Notes under the pieces: generated by a model
What the model was told of the DNA's origin: nothing
The model's database searches: none
Seen by the model: the letters and a program-made list of their open reading frames with translations, nothing else
Assembly: GCF_009914755.1 (NCBI RefSeq)
Contig: NC_060925.1
Length of the DNA: 64,000 bases
Source: the human T2T-CHM13v2.0 reference genome, Homo sapiens
Reading direction: 5' to 3' (one strand)
Part shown: positions 1-12,929 of the stretch, in pieces
How the letters are laid out: every line of letters begins with the position of its first letter
Numbering within the stretch: the stretch's first letter is position 1
Translations under genes and position numbers: made by a program

Positions 1-917
1 AATGTTTGACCATAAGGTAAGATTTTACAGACTCTTTTTAACCTTTTATAATTTTTGCTAAAAAGAAGGTTGGTGCTTTAAGAAAAACCTGCTATGCTTT
101 TACTTTAATGTCCAGTTTACAAAAAAACTGGATGATACTTCTTTAACTTTAGCTAATATGTGTACACAGAGAATTATTTTTACAATTAATGTTTTAACAC
201 TTGTTTAAACATTCAAAACAGTAATTTTTTTTAACTTTTTAATGTAGGTAAAAATGTACATTCTTATGCCTCCTTATAATTCTTTTACCAAAGGTATACT
301 TTACTTTTTTTATACACCTTGCACATAAACTTTTTTTTTTTTAATAGTTTTACATTCAGGAGGCCTAGTTACTTTTAAATTATGCAACATTTTTTGCATA
401 AATTCTTTTTTATAACTTTTTTTCTTTCATGACTTTTGAAGACAATTCTTTGACATGTCTCAACTTTATGACTTACTACAAATATTTCTTTCTTTAAACA
501 ACCAGTTAATTTATTTCAGAGCAAGAATTTACCATATAATACTTTTTATATAAATTCCACCTTCCCTTTTTTTTCCTTTTTTTTTTCCCTTAGGATACTT
601 CTGAACTGGCGAGGTGTGCTCACAATGAGGTTTTCTCTAAAAGTTATTGTTTTTTACTTTTGTTGTTGTCGTTGTTGTTGTTGTTAGCAAAACAGTTGCT
701 GCTACAGATTGAATGCATTTGGGCCATCCGCGGGTTACTGGGTTAAGGATTTTTGATAGGAAGGCCTCAGTGCTTTCGGGATACGCCCTTGTTTACACTG
801 ACAAAGTGGTATTGGAGTGTTATAGGGTTACGGAGGATACCTTCAATTATCGATTATAGGTTTTAAATTTACCTTGGCTTTTAAAAGAATAGGGTACACT
901 TTTTTTTAACTACTTGT

Positions 918-1110
918 ATATCTCTTTCTTTCTCTCTTTGACTTTGTCTCTCTCTTTTTGACTCCTTTTGCGTCTGTCTCTTCCTCTCTCTCTCTGCCTC
1001 CTCTTTCTCTCTCTCTCCTTGACTTCCTCTTTGTCTGTCTCTTCCTCTGTCTCTTCCTCTCTCTCTTTGCCTCTTTTCCTCTCTGTCTCTTTCCTTTCTC
1101 TCTCTCTGCT
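918..1110. repeat. CT-rich (minus-strand AG-rich) low-complexity tract inside the ERV
   Basis: Runs of ctct/cttcctct; produces the spurious R/E/K-rich ORF tails. Confidence 0.8.
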
Positions 1111-1152
1111 GGTCTTTCCTTGCCTTTGCCAGCTGCTTCTGCTGCTGTTCTC

Positions 1153-2200
1153 TCAACCACTGTGTGTTGGGGGCGGGGGGCCTAAAACCAGCTGTAACCA
1201 AGTGTCTACGTACCGGAACTGGTCTGGCTGTAACCAAGTGTCTACGTACCGGAACTGGTCTGGCTGTAACCAAGTGTCTACGTACCGGAACTGGTCTGGC
1301 TGTAACCAAGTGTCTACGTACCGGAACTGGTCTGGCTGTAACCAAGTGTCTACGTACCGGAACTGGTCTGGCTGTAACCAAGTGTCTACGTACCGGAACT
1401 GGTCTGGCTGTAACCAAGTGTCTACGTACCGGAACTGGTCTGGCTGTAACCAAGTGTCTACGTACCGGAACTGGTCTGGCTGTAACCAAGTGTCTACGTA
1501 CCGGAACTGGTCTGGCTGTAACCAAGTGTCTATGTACCGGAACTGGTCTGGCTGTAACCAAGTGTCTATGTACCGGAACTGGTCTGGCTGTAACCAAGTG
1601 TCTACGTACCGGAACTGGTCTGGCTGTAACCAAGTGTCTACGTACCGGAACTGGTCTGGCTGTAACCAAGTGTCTATGTACCGGAACTGGTCTGGCTGTA
1701 ACCAAGTGTCTATGTACCGGAACTGGTCTGGCTGTAACCAAGTGTCTACGTACCGGAACTGGTCTGGCTGTAACCAAGTGTCTACGTACCGGAACTGGTC
1801 TGGCTGTAACCAAGTGTCTACGTACCGGAACTGGTCTGGCTGTAACCAAGTGTCTACGTACCGGAACTGGTCTGGCTGTAACCAAGTGTCTACGTACCGG
1901 AACTGGTCTGGCTGTAACCAAGTGTCTATGTACCGGAACTGGTCTGGCTGTAACCAAGTGTCTACGTACCGGAACTGGTCTGGATTCCCTGGCTTACAGG
2001 TTACCTTGTGTCATACCTTTGAAACAAGGGACCTGTCCAGGCTTCCTTCTAATGGCCAACCTACCTCTAATGCTGGCCAGTCTATCTTACACAAAGTTTG
2101 AAGTTTTCCTGGTGTCATAGTACTCCACAGCCTCCCTTAAATTCTTTTTTGAAATTTTTCAACATAGTTCCTAGTAGGGTGGGCTTATTTGTGGCTGACC
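1153..2200 (-). pseudogene. Defective ERV gag (matrix domain) with an in-frame repeat expansion
   Basis: Minus frame from ATG at 2118 reads MTPGKLQTLCKIDWPALEVGWPLEGSLDRSLVSKV*HKVTCKPGN(PDQFRY[V/I]DTWLQ)x22 LVLGPPPPTHSG*, resembling gammaretroviral MA (GWP-EGS, HPDQ-PYI-TW). TGA at 2011-2013; the region where the gag start should lie (~2200) has no ATG and is frameshifted. Confidence 0.85.
1191..1982. repeat. 36-bp minisatellite, 22 copies (GCTGTAACCAAGTGTCTA[C/T]GTACCGGAACTGGTCTG)
   Basis: Counted directly: 792 bp = 22 units. The only variable site is C/T at unit position 19; pattern C9-T2-C2-T2-C5-T-C. Confidence 0.98.
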
Positions 2201-2851
2201 TACGCTTCTTCGAGACAAAACACCACGCTCACTCCACAAACACACCACAAAACAAAGAACAGGTAAATAGAGCACACACACATACTTTTGCAGTTTGCAC
2301 CAAACCAAAATCAAAACCAAAATCAGAGTATCCAGAAATCTAAGCCAGGTCAAAACCAAAACCAAAGTATCAAGCAATCCAAGTCAAGTCAAAAACAAAA
2401 ACCAAAGTGCCAGTACAGGCACACCATGGGTGATCAGGCCACGCTTCCACTCAAATGGAGTGGGCAAGTTCCCAAGACCGGTCATGTCAAGCAATTCAAA
2501 CCAAATCAAAACCAAAACCAAACCAAAGTGCCGATAAAGGTACGCCGTGGGTGATCAGGCCATGCTTCCACTCAAACGGAGTGGGCGAGTTCCAAAGACT
2601 AGTCTTACCAAGTTTTAGATATCCAGACTTCAAGTGCCCATTCCTTCCCGGTGTTCAGCCACTGCATTGATACTCCACGAGGGCCTGCAACACACTGCTC
2701 TGGAGAGGCGTCCCACCGGGGCAAATTCCTTCCCGGGAGCGCTCTCAGGATCCGCGTCGCTCGGGCTGGTCAGAGTCCCCCACAGGGATGTTCCACAGGA
2801 CAGGCTTAAGCCGCCTAAGGAGCTGCCTCAACCATCCGCCATTCAGCTCGC

Positions 2852-2869
2852 TTCCCGGTCAGGGAACCA
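2852..2869 (-). other. Primer-binding site complementary to the tRNA-Glu 3' end
   Basis: Minus strand TGGTTCCCTGACCGGGAA, 5 nt after the LTR end; plus strand matches the tRNA-Glu 3' end ...TTCCCGGTCAGGGAACCA. Confidence 0.92.
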
Positions 2870-2874
2870 AGAAA

Positions 2875-3334
2875 TGTAGCAGGACCAGCCACAGGCAAAC
2901 CTCCTCAGACAGCGAGTTAAAGAAGGAAGGGGTTTATTCGGCCGGGGGCATCAACAAGGCTCCTGTCTCAAGAGCCGAGCCCCCTGAGTGAGCAATTCCT
3001 GTCCCTTTTAAGGGCTCATGACTCTAAGGGGGTGCGCGTGAGAGGGTCGTGATTGATTGAGCAAGCAGGGGGTAAGTGACTGGGGGCTGCATGCACCGGT
3101 AATTAGATCGGAACAAAACAGGATAGGGATTTTCACAGTGCTTTTCTATACAGTGTCTGTAATCTATAGATAACAATCAATTAGGTCAGGGGTCCATCTT
3201 TAACCACCAGGCCCAGGGTGTGGCGCCGGGCTGTCTGCTTGTGGATTTCATTTCTGCCTTTTAGTTTTTTCTTTTTCTTTCTTTGGAGGCGGAAACTGGG
3301 CATAAGAAAGTATGAGGGGTGGTCTCCTCCCTTA
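2875..3334 (-). mobile_element. 5' LTR of the LTR2 family (HERV-E/Harlequin), 460 bp
   Basis: Minus strand begins TAAGGGAGGAGACCACCCCTCATA and ends CTGCTACA; AATAAA at 2933-2938 (minus); adjacent PBS. Subfamily (LTR2/2B/2C) not resolved. Confidence 0.88.
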
Positions 3335-3689
3335 GAGAAAGATGGGCAATGTACAAACTAAAACAATTAAGAAAAATATTATCAAGGAATAAGTGTCATG
3401 CAAAGAATTAAAACTAAATGATGTGATGGAGGGAAATTGGGTGTCTACCATAGACTGGGTGATGGGGGAAAGCCTTTCCCGTGTGATAATTAAGCTGAGA
3501 TCTGAAAAGTAAGGAGGAACCAGCTGTGGGATGATAGGGGGAGTAGCATTCCAGGCAAAGGAATTGTCAATGTGAAGGCGTTAAGGTAACAAAGATGTCA
3601 CAGAACATGATGGTTGGAGCAAAACAGGGAGGCAAGAGAGTCGTATGAGCTGAGGAGGAGTCAGATCCCTTAGGGCTCTGAGTGCCAAG

Positions 3690-4700
3690 ATAATCACAGA
3701 CAAAGGGCTAATCTTTGTAATATATAAAGAATTCCTAGAAATTGAGAAAATTAAAGACAACAACCCGATAGAAAAAGAGGCAAAGGATAAAACAGACAGT
3801 TCACAGCATAACAACAAATAATCCTTATACATATAAAAAGATGCACAACTTCATTCATTGTAAGAAAAATGCAAATTAAAATTACTTTGAGATATCATTT
3901 TTTCATCCATCAAATTGGCAAAAATACCAGAGTTGGATAACGCACTCAATTGGTACAGCTATGAGAAAACAGGTATTGTTGACAGTAGTTTAAAATGGTG
4001 CAACTTCAATGGGATCCAATTTGGTAATATCTATTAGGAATAAAAATGCACTTACTCTTTGGCCTGGCAATCCTACTTCTGGGAATTTTTCCTTGAGATA
4101 CACCTGCACACAAACCAAAGAACCTTCATATAAGGCTACTCACTGCAGTGTGGTTTTTAATAGCAAGAGATGGAAACAAGCCAAGTGTGCATTGAAAGGG
4201 GTAGGTTAGGCCAGGTGCGGGGGCTCATGCCTGTAATCCCAGCACTTTGGGAGGCCGAGGCAGGTGGATCATGAGGTCAGGAGTTTGAGACCAGCCTGAT
4301 CAACATGGTGAAACTCCGTCTGTACTGAAAATACAAAAATTAGCCAGGCATGGTGGCACGTGCCTGTAATCCCAGCTAATCAGGAGGGTGAGGCAGGAGA
4401 ATCGCTTGAATCTGGGAGGCGGAAGTTATAGGTAGCCAAGATTGTGCCATTGAACTCCAGCCTGGGCAACAGAGCGAGACTCCATCTCAAAAATAAAATA
4501 AAATAAAGAAGAAGAAAAAAAGGGATAGGTTAAATAAATTATGGTATATCCCCAAAGTAGAATTCTATATGGCTGTAGAAAAGAAATGAGATACTGATTT
4601 ATATTCTGATATGGATACAAAATATGTTAGGTGAGACAAGCAAAATGCAGAACATGTATCGTATTAATATGTTTCCACTGTGTAATAAAGGGGGAAAGAG
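3690..4700 (+). mobile_element. Old L1 (L1M-type) 3' fragment interrupted by an Alu
   Basis: L1 ORF2/3'-like phrases (aaatgcaaattaaaa...gagatatcatttt, caatcctacttctgggaattt); boundaries approximate. Confidence 0.6.
4209..4520 (+). mobile_element. Alu (S-type), full length
   Basis: GGCCAGGTGCGG start, two arms, A-rich tail, TSD-like aaaggg(g/a)taggtta. Confidence 0.95.
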
Positions 4701-5791
4701 AGGAGATTCTTATTTGCTCACATTTGCTTTAAGAAGCATCACAAGCTAGTGAAAGTGGCTACCTACAGGGGAACAGAAGGGTACACACAGGAATAGGAGC
4801 CGGATTTTTAAAAGTATACTTTTGTTTTGTTTTTTTGGAATTTATTCTAAGTGTGATGGGAAGCCATTTGGAGTATTAAACAGGGGATTGACAAGATCTA
4901 ACGTCTTTTAAAGAGTGTGTTCTAGCAGCCACCTGGGGAATAATCTTAGACAGACGAGGAGGCCGCAGGGAGTCTGCTGGATGTGCTGGTTTATGTTGGA
5001 GGTAAGGATGGCGTAGACTCGGGTGGTGGTGGTGCAGATGGAGAGCAGCAGATATGTTTGGAAGCCATCAGGACTCACTGATGGATTGGCTGCGGGAGGT
5101 TAGAGAAAAATAACAGTTTTGTGTCTTGAGTCATGAGGTGGCATGGTGCTACCAGACCCCAGAGATTGATAAAATAACAGCTGGGGCAGTTCATAGGGTT
5201 TTATGGAAAAGACTGCCTGTTAGCAGAGCTGTGAAGGACTCTAGGATCTGAGGAGGTGATGAGAAGGCCTTGCAGATGGAGAGGAAGGAATGGAGCAGGC
5301 AGGGCCAGGGGCCAGGAGGCAGTGGGGGGCTCTGCTCTGAGAACTGGTTGGGTCTCTCTGCTCACAGTTGTTTCAGTTTTTCTCCATTGCAACTCAGCTC
5401 AGCCCCAGGGCCATGAAACAACTTGAAACCAAATCCTCTATTTCCCATCATATGCTTCTTTTAACTGCTTCCTACACTTCCTGTGACTGTTTCCTTGCAG
5501 TAACTAGAGTTTCTATCACATGCATTGGCATTCTGAGAAATACACTAAAAGTGAAAAAAATCAACCAGTCAAAATGAGGACTGGCTGGCTGGCTGGGTTA
5601 AAGATTTGTCGCTTTTTCCTTTGCTGGCGCAATAACGTAATTACCTTCTCTTGGATCACTCACTGGGGTGGAAAGGTAAAGCGTGGTGGATTTCCCTGGA
5701 GTGCAGGTTGGATGCTCCTCCAGGTGCTTCCACTTTTAAGGCTAACTGGCGGGCTAAGAAGCTTTTTATTTTCACCTCTCCTCTCCACTCA

Positions 5792-6252
<461 letters not shown>

Positions 6253-6656
6253 TTAGTTTTCTCCCTTCCTACACCACCCCTGCACCATACAGAATCCATG
6301 TGATTTTCCCTTTTAAAAATTCAGCATTATTTCAACACTGTTGTCAAGTACACTGTGTTCTTTGCAGAAACTATGTCATAGGCAGTTTATGAACCGGGAC
6401 AAGTAACAGACCAGCAAAAGCTGCTCCACCCAAATCACTTATGAAGACTTTCAGCTTTGAGTCTTTGATTGGTCAAGTGGAAAGAACCAAGTTGGGTTTC
6501 AAAGCTGAGAAATTCTTGTTCTCCTTGTCCATTCCCTCTTTTCTTGCACAGGTGGTGTGCTTTGGTTGATAAAAGGATAATCAGTTCTGGGGCTTCTGAG
6601 CAGAAAGAAAATATTGATAATATGTTAATAAAATAGAAAGGAAAATGGCTGAGGGT

Positions 6657-6678
6657 TGTGTGTGTGTGTGTGTGTGTG
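6657..6678. repeat. (TG)11 microsatellite
   Basis: Direct reading. Confidence 0.95.
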
Positions 6679-7739
6679 CACACTCACACTCCCACCCCTC
6701 ATTTCTTTTTAAGTCAAGATAGAGTTCACTTCAGTCATGTGGTTCTACATTTAAAGTTTTTTTTTCTTTTTAATGAATTCTCAGAGGCAGTAAATGCAGA
6801 AAATCTTTAAAAATTAATTCAAGCTGTGACCTTCTGAGTAAGGGGAGGTGATGTCATATGATGACCTTTATTTTAAGTGTGAAATCGAATCTACATAAAG
6901 TACAGTGTTGAGTTCCTCTGAAAAAGCTGAGGTGGCAATCTAAGAACAAGGGCAGCAAATATGCCAAAACTCAAACTTTTGATTATCAATGACATCTATA
7001 AAAATTAATCCGGCCATTTGCCCATTTTCAAACATGTTGCATTAGGGAAGAACAATGCTATAGGTTTGGCTTGCTTTGAAACAAAAAAGATGCCTATATT
7101 TGGCATTTGGTAACATTTCTTCACTTTACAGAATTATTATAACATTCACAAGTGGCTAGATGAAACCAACACTTTATAAATAATGTTTGATTAGGGAATA
7201 TTAATTTTTCCATAAACATGGGGAGGGAGGAAGAGGAGGAAGAGCAGCAAATTATCAAGAATACTGTGTGGAACCATGAAAAGTTTGGGATAGACCTAAC
7301 ATTGATTTGCTTTTTATTTACTAGACAACTTTTTTTTCTCTCTCTCTCTCTCTCTCTTTTTTTGAAATAACAGGGAAAGAAATTACATCTGTGTTTTTTT
7401 TTTTACAATAAAAATCAGACAACTCACAACTCTTATTTAGGTCATGAAATTATAACATTTTTGGATCACAGACTCTTGTAAGAATCTAATGAAAACTATG
7501 ACTTATTGCCATATGTAAGGGCCTAATGAATTAGATCAATTTCTGGTTGTTTTACTTGTCTGTTTGAGTAATCCATTTAACTATTCCTATGCTAATATCA
7601 TATTATTTTTATTACATGATTTTATACTATATGTGCTAAGGCCAGACTACCTCACAATTCTTTTTAAAAGTATTAATTCAATGGGAAGTGAATGAATTGA
7701 ATAAATTCATTTTTTTAATAAATTCATTTTTTAATAAAT

Positions 7740-8550
7740 GCTTCCAGTAGAATTGAATAATCACCTGGAAAGAAGCAAAAATAGACCCCTACCTTCATAT
7801 CATACACAAAAGTATGGATAAAGACCTACATTTTAAAAATAAAATTTTAAAAGTATTAGTATATATCTAGAGTCAGAGAAACCCTAAGCAAGAGAGGGAA
7901 CCCAGAGGCCAAAAGGAAAAGATATGTATCTTCAACTACATAAGAATTAAACATTTAGTCTTGGCAATATCAATTAGAAACAAAATGAAAAGACCATAAT
8001 AGACTGGGAAAATATTTCTCATACATGACATGTGACACAGAATTTCACTAATGTACGATCATTAAGAGAAAGACAATTCATTAGAAAAATGGGCAAAGAA
8101 AATAGAAATTTATAGGAGAACCTGGGAAAGACTGATATGATAATTTAAAACTTAGTCATTGCAGATAATACAAATCCAAATGAGATACAATTTTCAACCA
8201 TCAGATTGGCAAAATTTAATAGTGGGTAATATTTATTAAGTGATTAGTATAGGCTAAGAACTTTATGTGGACTAGCTCATTTAATATTGACAACAATGCT
8301 AAAGTGTAGATTTTTTTTAATATCACGGAAACAGTTCACCTAGCAAATGGTAGCACCAAGATTTAAATCTGATGCCTAGAGCCCAAACTTCTGTTTCAAC
8401 GTAGGCAATGTTGATGAGGAAGCCAGGGAATGGGCACTCATACATTGCCTGTAGTGATGGCGTGATTTTCAAAAACCTTTAGAGAAAGTAATGTGGCAAT
8501 AAATATTAAGATTAATATAAAAAACTCATTCTCTTTGACCTGCCATCCCA
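7740..8550 (+). mobile_element. Old L1 (L1M-type) fragments, possibly with an inserted MIR
   Basis: L1 ORF2-end-like phrases (catcatacacaaaa, gactgggaaaatattt, aaatgagatac...catcagattggcaaaa); boundaries approximate. Confidence 0.5.
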
Positions 8551-9399
8551 GGAATAAAAGAAACACCAGGATCTTGGCATTATCTGTTCTTTGACTACTT
8601 GGTAGAATTTACCTGTAAAACCAGCTGGGCTTGGTGGTGTTTTTTGTTTGTTTGTTTTAAATTTTGTGTTCTATTTTGTTGTGAGTAGATTTTAATTTAG
8701 TTTTTACTTTTTATTTTTTATTTTATTTTTCCCATAAGCCTCCTAGATCTTACTTTTCTTAAATGTAAAGATTTATTAAAGATTTATTTTCAATTTTTAT
8801 TGCTTCTTGAAATAGTTTTGCAACATTGCATTTTTACTAGGAAGTCATCAGTGCCATCCACTAAGTTTTTGTCTCCTAGCTCCCTATCTGCTTGATGATG
8901 CTGGTAGTGGGACTGGGCAAGCCACGCTCAACTTCCCGCTCTGATAATCCCTGCCCTGGGCCCTCAGCAATCTCTGTTCACCTTTTCAGCCCTTCAACAT
9001 CTGCTACACCAAGTCCTCACGTTCATTTCTTTCTGTTGAAATAATCAGAGTGGTTTTTGTTTACCCAACAGAACTCTGACTGTCCCTGACACATCACCCA
9101 CATTGTGTTTTCTAATTTATTAAAATAAAGTTTATGATGATCCCTTATTGATTAAAATTTCTGCTATATCTGTTGTGTCTTTTTTTATCTTCTAATGCAT
9201 GTGTTTACTTTTACTTAATTTTTACCTATCTCCAATAGTCTTTTAAAGTAATAATTAACTTGCCATGTTGGATACTGTTACATTTTCAATCTTTTTTTTC
9301 CAATGTACAACTTAGAGCAATTTAAGTTTCTCATAAGTTACCTGCTTTAGCCGCATGTTTGAATGTAGTATTTTCACTGTTCAAGTCTAATCTTCTAAT

Positions 9400-9673
9400 T
9401 TTCTTTTTTCTTTTTCTTTTTTTTTTCTTGAGATGGAGTCTTGCTCTTTCACCCAGGCTGGAGTGCAGTGGCGCAATCTCGGCTCACTGCAACCTCTGCC
9501 TCCCAGGTTGAAGCGATGCCCTTGCCTAAGCCTCCTGAGTAGCTGGGACTACAGGCCCATGCCACCATCCCCAGCTAATTTTTGTATTTCTGGTAGAGAT
9601 GTGGTTTCACTATGTTGGCCAGGCTGGTCTTGAACTCCTGGCCTCAGGTGATCCACCCGCCTCAGCCTCCCAA
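9400..9673 (-). mobile_element. Alu, 5'-truncated
   Basis: Poly(T) followed by reverse Alu consensus. Confidence 0.93.
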
Positions 9674-9746
9674 TCCAATTTTCATTATGACTTCTTTGAG
9701 CCATGAATTATTTAGAAGTGTTTTTGGTTTTTTTTTTTCCATTTAA

Positions 9747-10080
<334 letters not shown>

Positions 10081-10901
10081 TGTAAAGTGTTTTTAAATTC
10101 CTAAATGTATTGAGTATTTAAAAATTATTTTCGTATTCATTTTTAAACTATTTGCATTGTGATTAAGTAACCTGATCAGTATGATTAAATTTTGTGATAT
10201 TTGCTGAGAATGCCATTATAGTTCCAGGAGTGGTATATACAAAATTGTCAAATTGGGGGGACACAGGATTCTATGTATGGATCTTAATCAAGCTTAATTA
10301 CATTGTTCAAATCTTCCATATCCAAATATTTTTGACTTGTCAACTTCTGAGAGTGATATGTTAAAATATCCTACTGTGATGAATTTGTCAGTTCCTCTTT
10401 TTCCTCTTTATAATTTTTATAATTCTGTCACTTTTTTTTTTTTTTTTGCTTTAAAGCATTGGAGTGTGAGAACATAATATATAAGGATATTAACTGCAGC
10501 AGAATATCTTGGCAAAAAACTAAAATGTCATTACTAGTGAATTGGCTGAATTCATTGTAAAAAATATTATGCAGCCACCAAAAAACATGAAATTTGTTCC
10601 GTATCTAATAATCTACAGGAGGTCGATGTTAAGTGAAAAAGGCAAGTTGCAGAGTATGTATATTGTGATCCCATTTTTAGTAAACGAAACAAAAACTTCT
10701 ATATTCATGAACACGTTTCAATATGTTTGAGTTTGAAAAAAGGCTGTTAACATCAGCTCCTCTAGGTAAGTGACTGGAGGGAGTAGGAAGGGTAGCGTTA
10801 ACAAATATCTTTGTATTTCACTTCCTATGAGAACCATATTTTTATTTGGGCAATTTAAGTTAAGCCTAATAAGAAAATGATGATGATCAGCAGTCATCTT
10901 A

Positions 10902-11185
<284 letters not shown>

Positions 11186-11217
11186 GAAAAAAGCAAGTCA
11201 CAACTGTTATAATCCAA

Positions 11218-11663
<446 letters not shown>

Positions 11664-12169
11664 TCATTTTATATATATATATTGTGTGAACAAGAAAGAT
11701 AATTTTTTCTTACAAAAAGCCTATGGACTCTCACCAAAAACAACAGCCGAGACATAGCTGCAATAAAATCCTACATACAATTCCAGCCACTTCACAGACT
11801 CTCTGAAGCCCATTTATTAATCACCCAGGTTTTGACTCCAGTAGACACAAGGAGAGTTTAATGGCAAAAAAAATTCATTGACCTGCCAATTACTCCCACA
11901 TATCCTAAGAGGAGCTGGTTGCAGGGGGCACCGTAGCTGTAAAATGGAGCTTAACACTGTTCCGGCTCTGTGGGTACCCACCTGTGTAACATGTGAGGGA
12001 TGGGCTGCTGGCCTTGATGCCAAATCATCTGAGTCACTAAAAATCTCAAAAGGGGAGTGTGGCCTGTAAATGCATATTCAATGCTGTAATGTAATATTTG
12101 ATACTGAACGAGAACTTTTTTCATTACAAATTTGTCTGGGGGTGAGGATGCCAAATAGAACTGAGCTCC

Positions 12170-12650
12170 GGAGAGGTGAGAGAAGTAGCTGGGAAAGCAG
12201 GCAGATTAGCCTCCTCGGAACCATGCTTAGGAATCTGAACTGTATCCTGAAGGCAAATGGGGCAATTACCTAAAGGCCTCAAAATGGAGTCTTTTTAGGA
12301 TTACTTTGGCTGCATGGTGGAGAAAGAATTGAAGGGAGCAAAATGGAAAGTCGGCATACCAGTTAGGAGGCTGCTGCAGTGACTCAAGAGACAATGGCTC
12401 TTGAGCAGTGTGTAACAACAGTCAGAGTAGGAATAAGTCAGTGGTTTGAAGAAAGAGACATTTTAGAGGTAGAATAACACTCGGACTTATTGATTTGGGA
12501 AGAGGGGAGCCAAAGAGGCTGTAGTTAGATTCCCAGGTTTCTGGCTTGGACAACTGGAAGACGGTGGTACCATATGGAGATACGGAATGCTGGAAGCAGC
12601 AATGGGGTATTTGAAGGGGCTGAAAATAGTAGACCTTAAATGTATATTAT
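12170..12650 (+). mobile_element. L2 fragment
   Basis: L2-like phrases (ccagttaggaggctgctgcagt, ccaggtttctggcttggacaactgg); approximate. Confidence 0.55.
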
Positions 12651-12929
12651 GTTTCTTTCTTTGACTCTGGGAGATTGACAGAAGGCCCAGGAATGGTTTC
12701 CAGGGTGAGACACCCACTTCCAAGTCTCCTGCCATGTTTTTCTGAGAAGAGCGACAGCTCCTGCTGCACTCTTCTTCTAGTCCATCCGCCCTTCCCTCTG
12801 CTCTGGACCTCTTAGCCTTTCTCCTCCCACTTCCTCATCAACACGGAGCAGACGATCCATTCAGGAGAAAGTCACAGTGAAAAAAGTTACATGAGCCTTA
12901 GGGTAGAATTTAATGATAACAAGACACAT

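Larger units (their letters stand above)
1..2874 (-). mobile_element. ERV1 internal region, HERV-E/Harlequin-like (leader, decayed gag, AT-rich non-coding internal segment); continues beyond the window start
   Basis: Follows an LTR2-type LTR and a tRNA-Glu PBS on the minus strand; contains a gammaretroviral gag matrix remnant. The AT-rich 1-880 segment without pro/pol suggests a Harlequin-type non-autonomous recombinant (inference). Confidence 0.8.

Noticed and set aside
1191-1982. 36-bp repeats as a CRISPR array
   Set aside because: Units are head-to-tail with no unique spacers, there are no cas genes, and the context is a primate ERV.
881-2120. 318-377 aa ORFs (881-1957, 968-2101, 1164-2120) as genes
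   Set aside because: They are stop-free readings of the minisatellite and CT-rich tract; the ancestral frame is the unlisted gag frame.
2852-2869. tRNA-Glu gene
   Set aside because: Only the 18-nt 3' end including CCA, adjacent to an LTR: a retroviral PBS.
7700-7739. aataaattcatttttt tandem repeat
   Set aside because: Short AT-rich slippage repeat with no sign of function.
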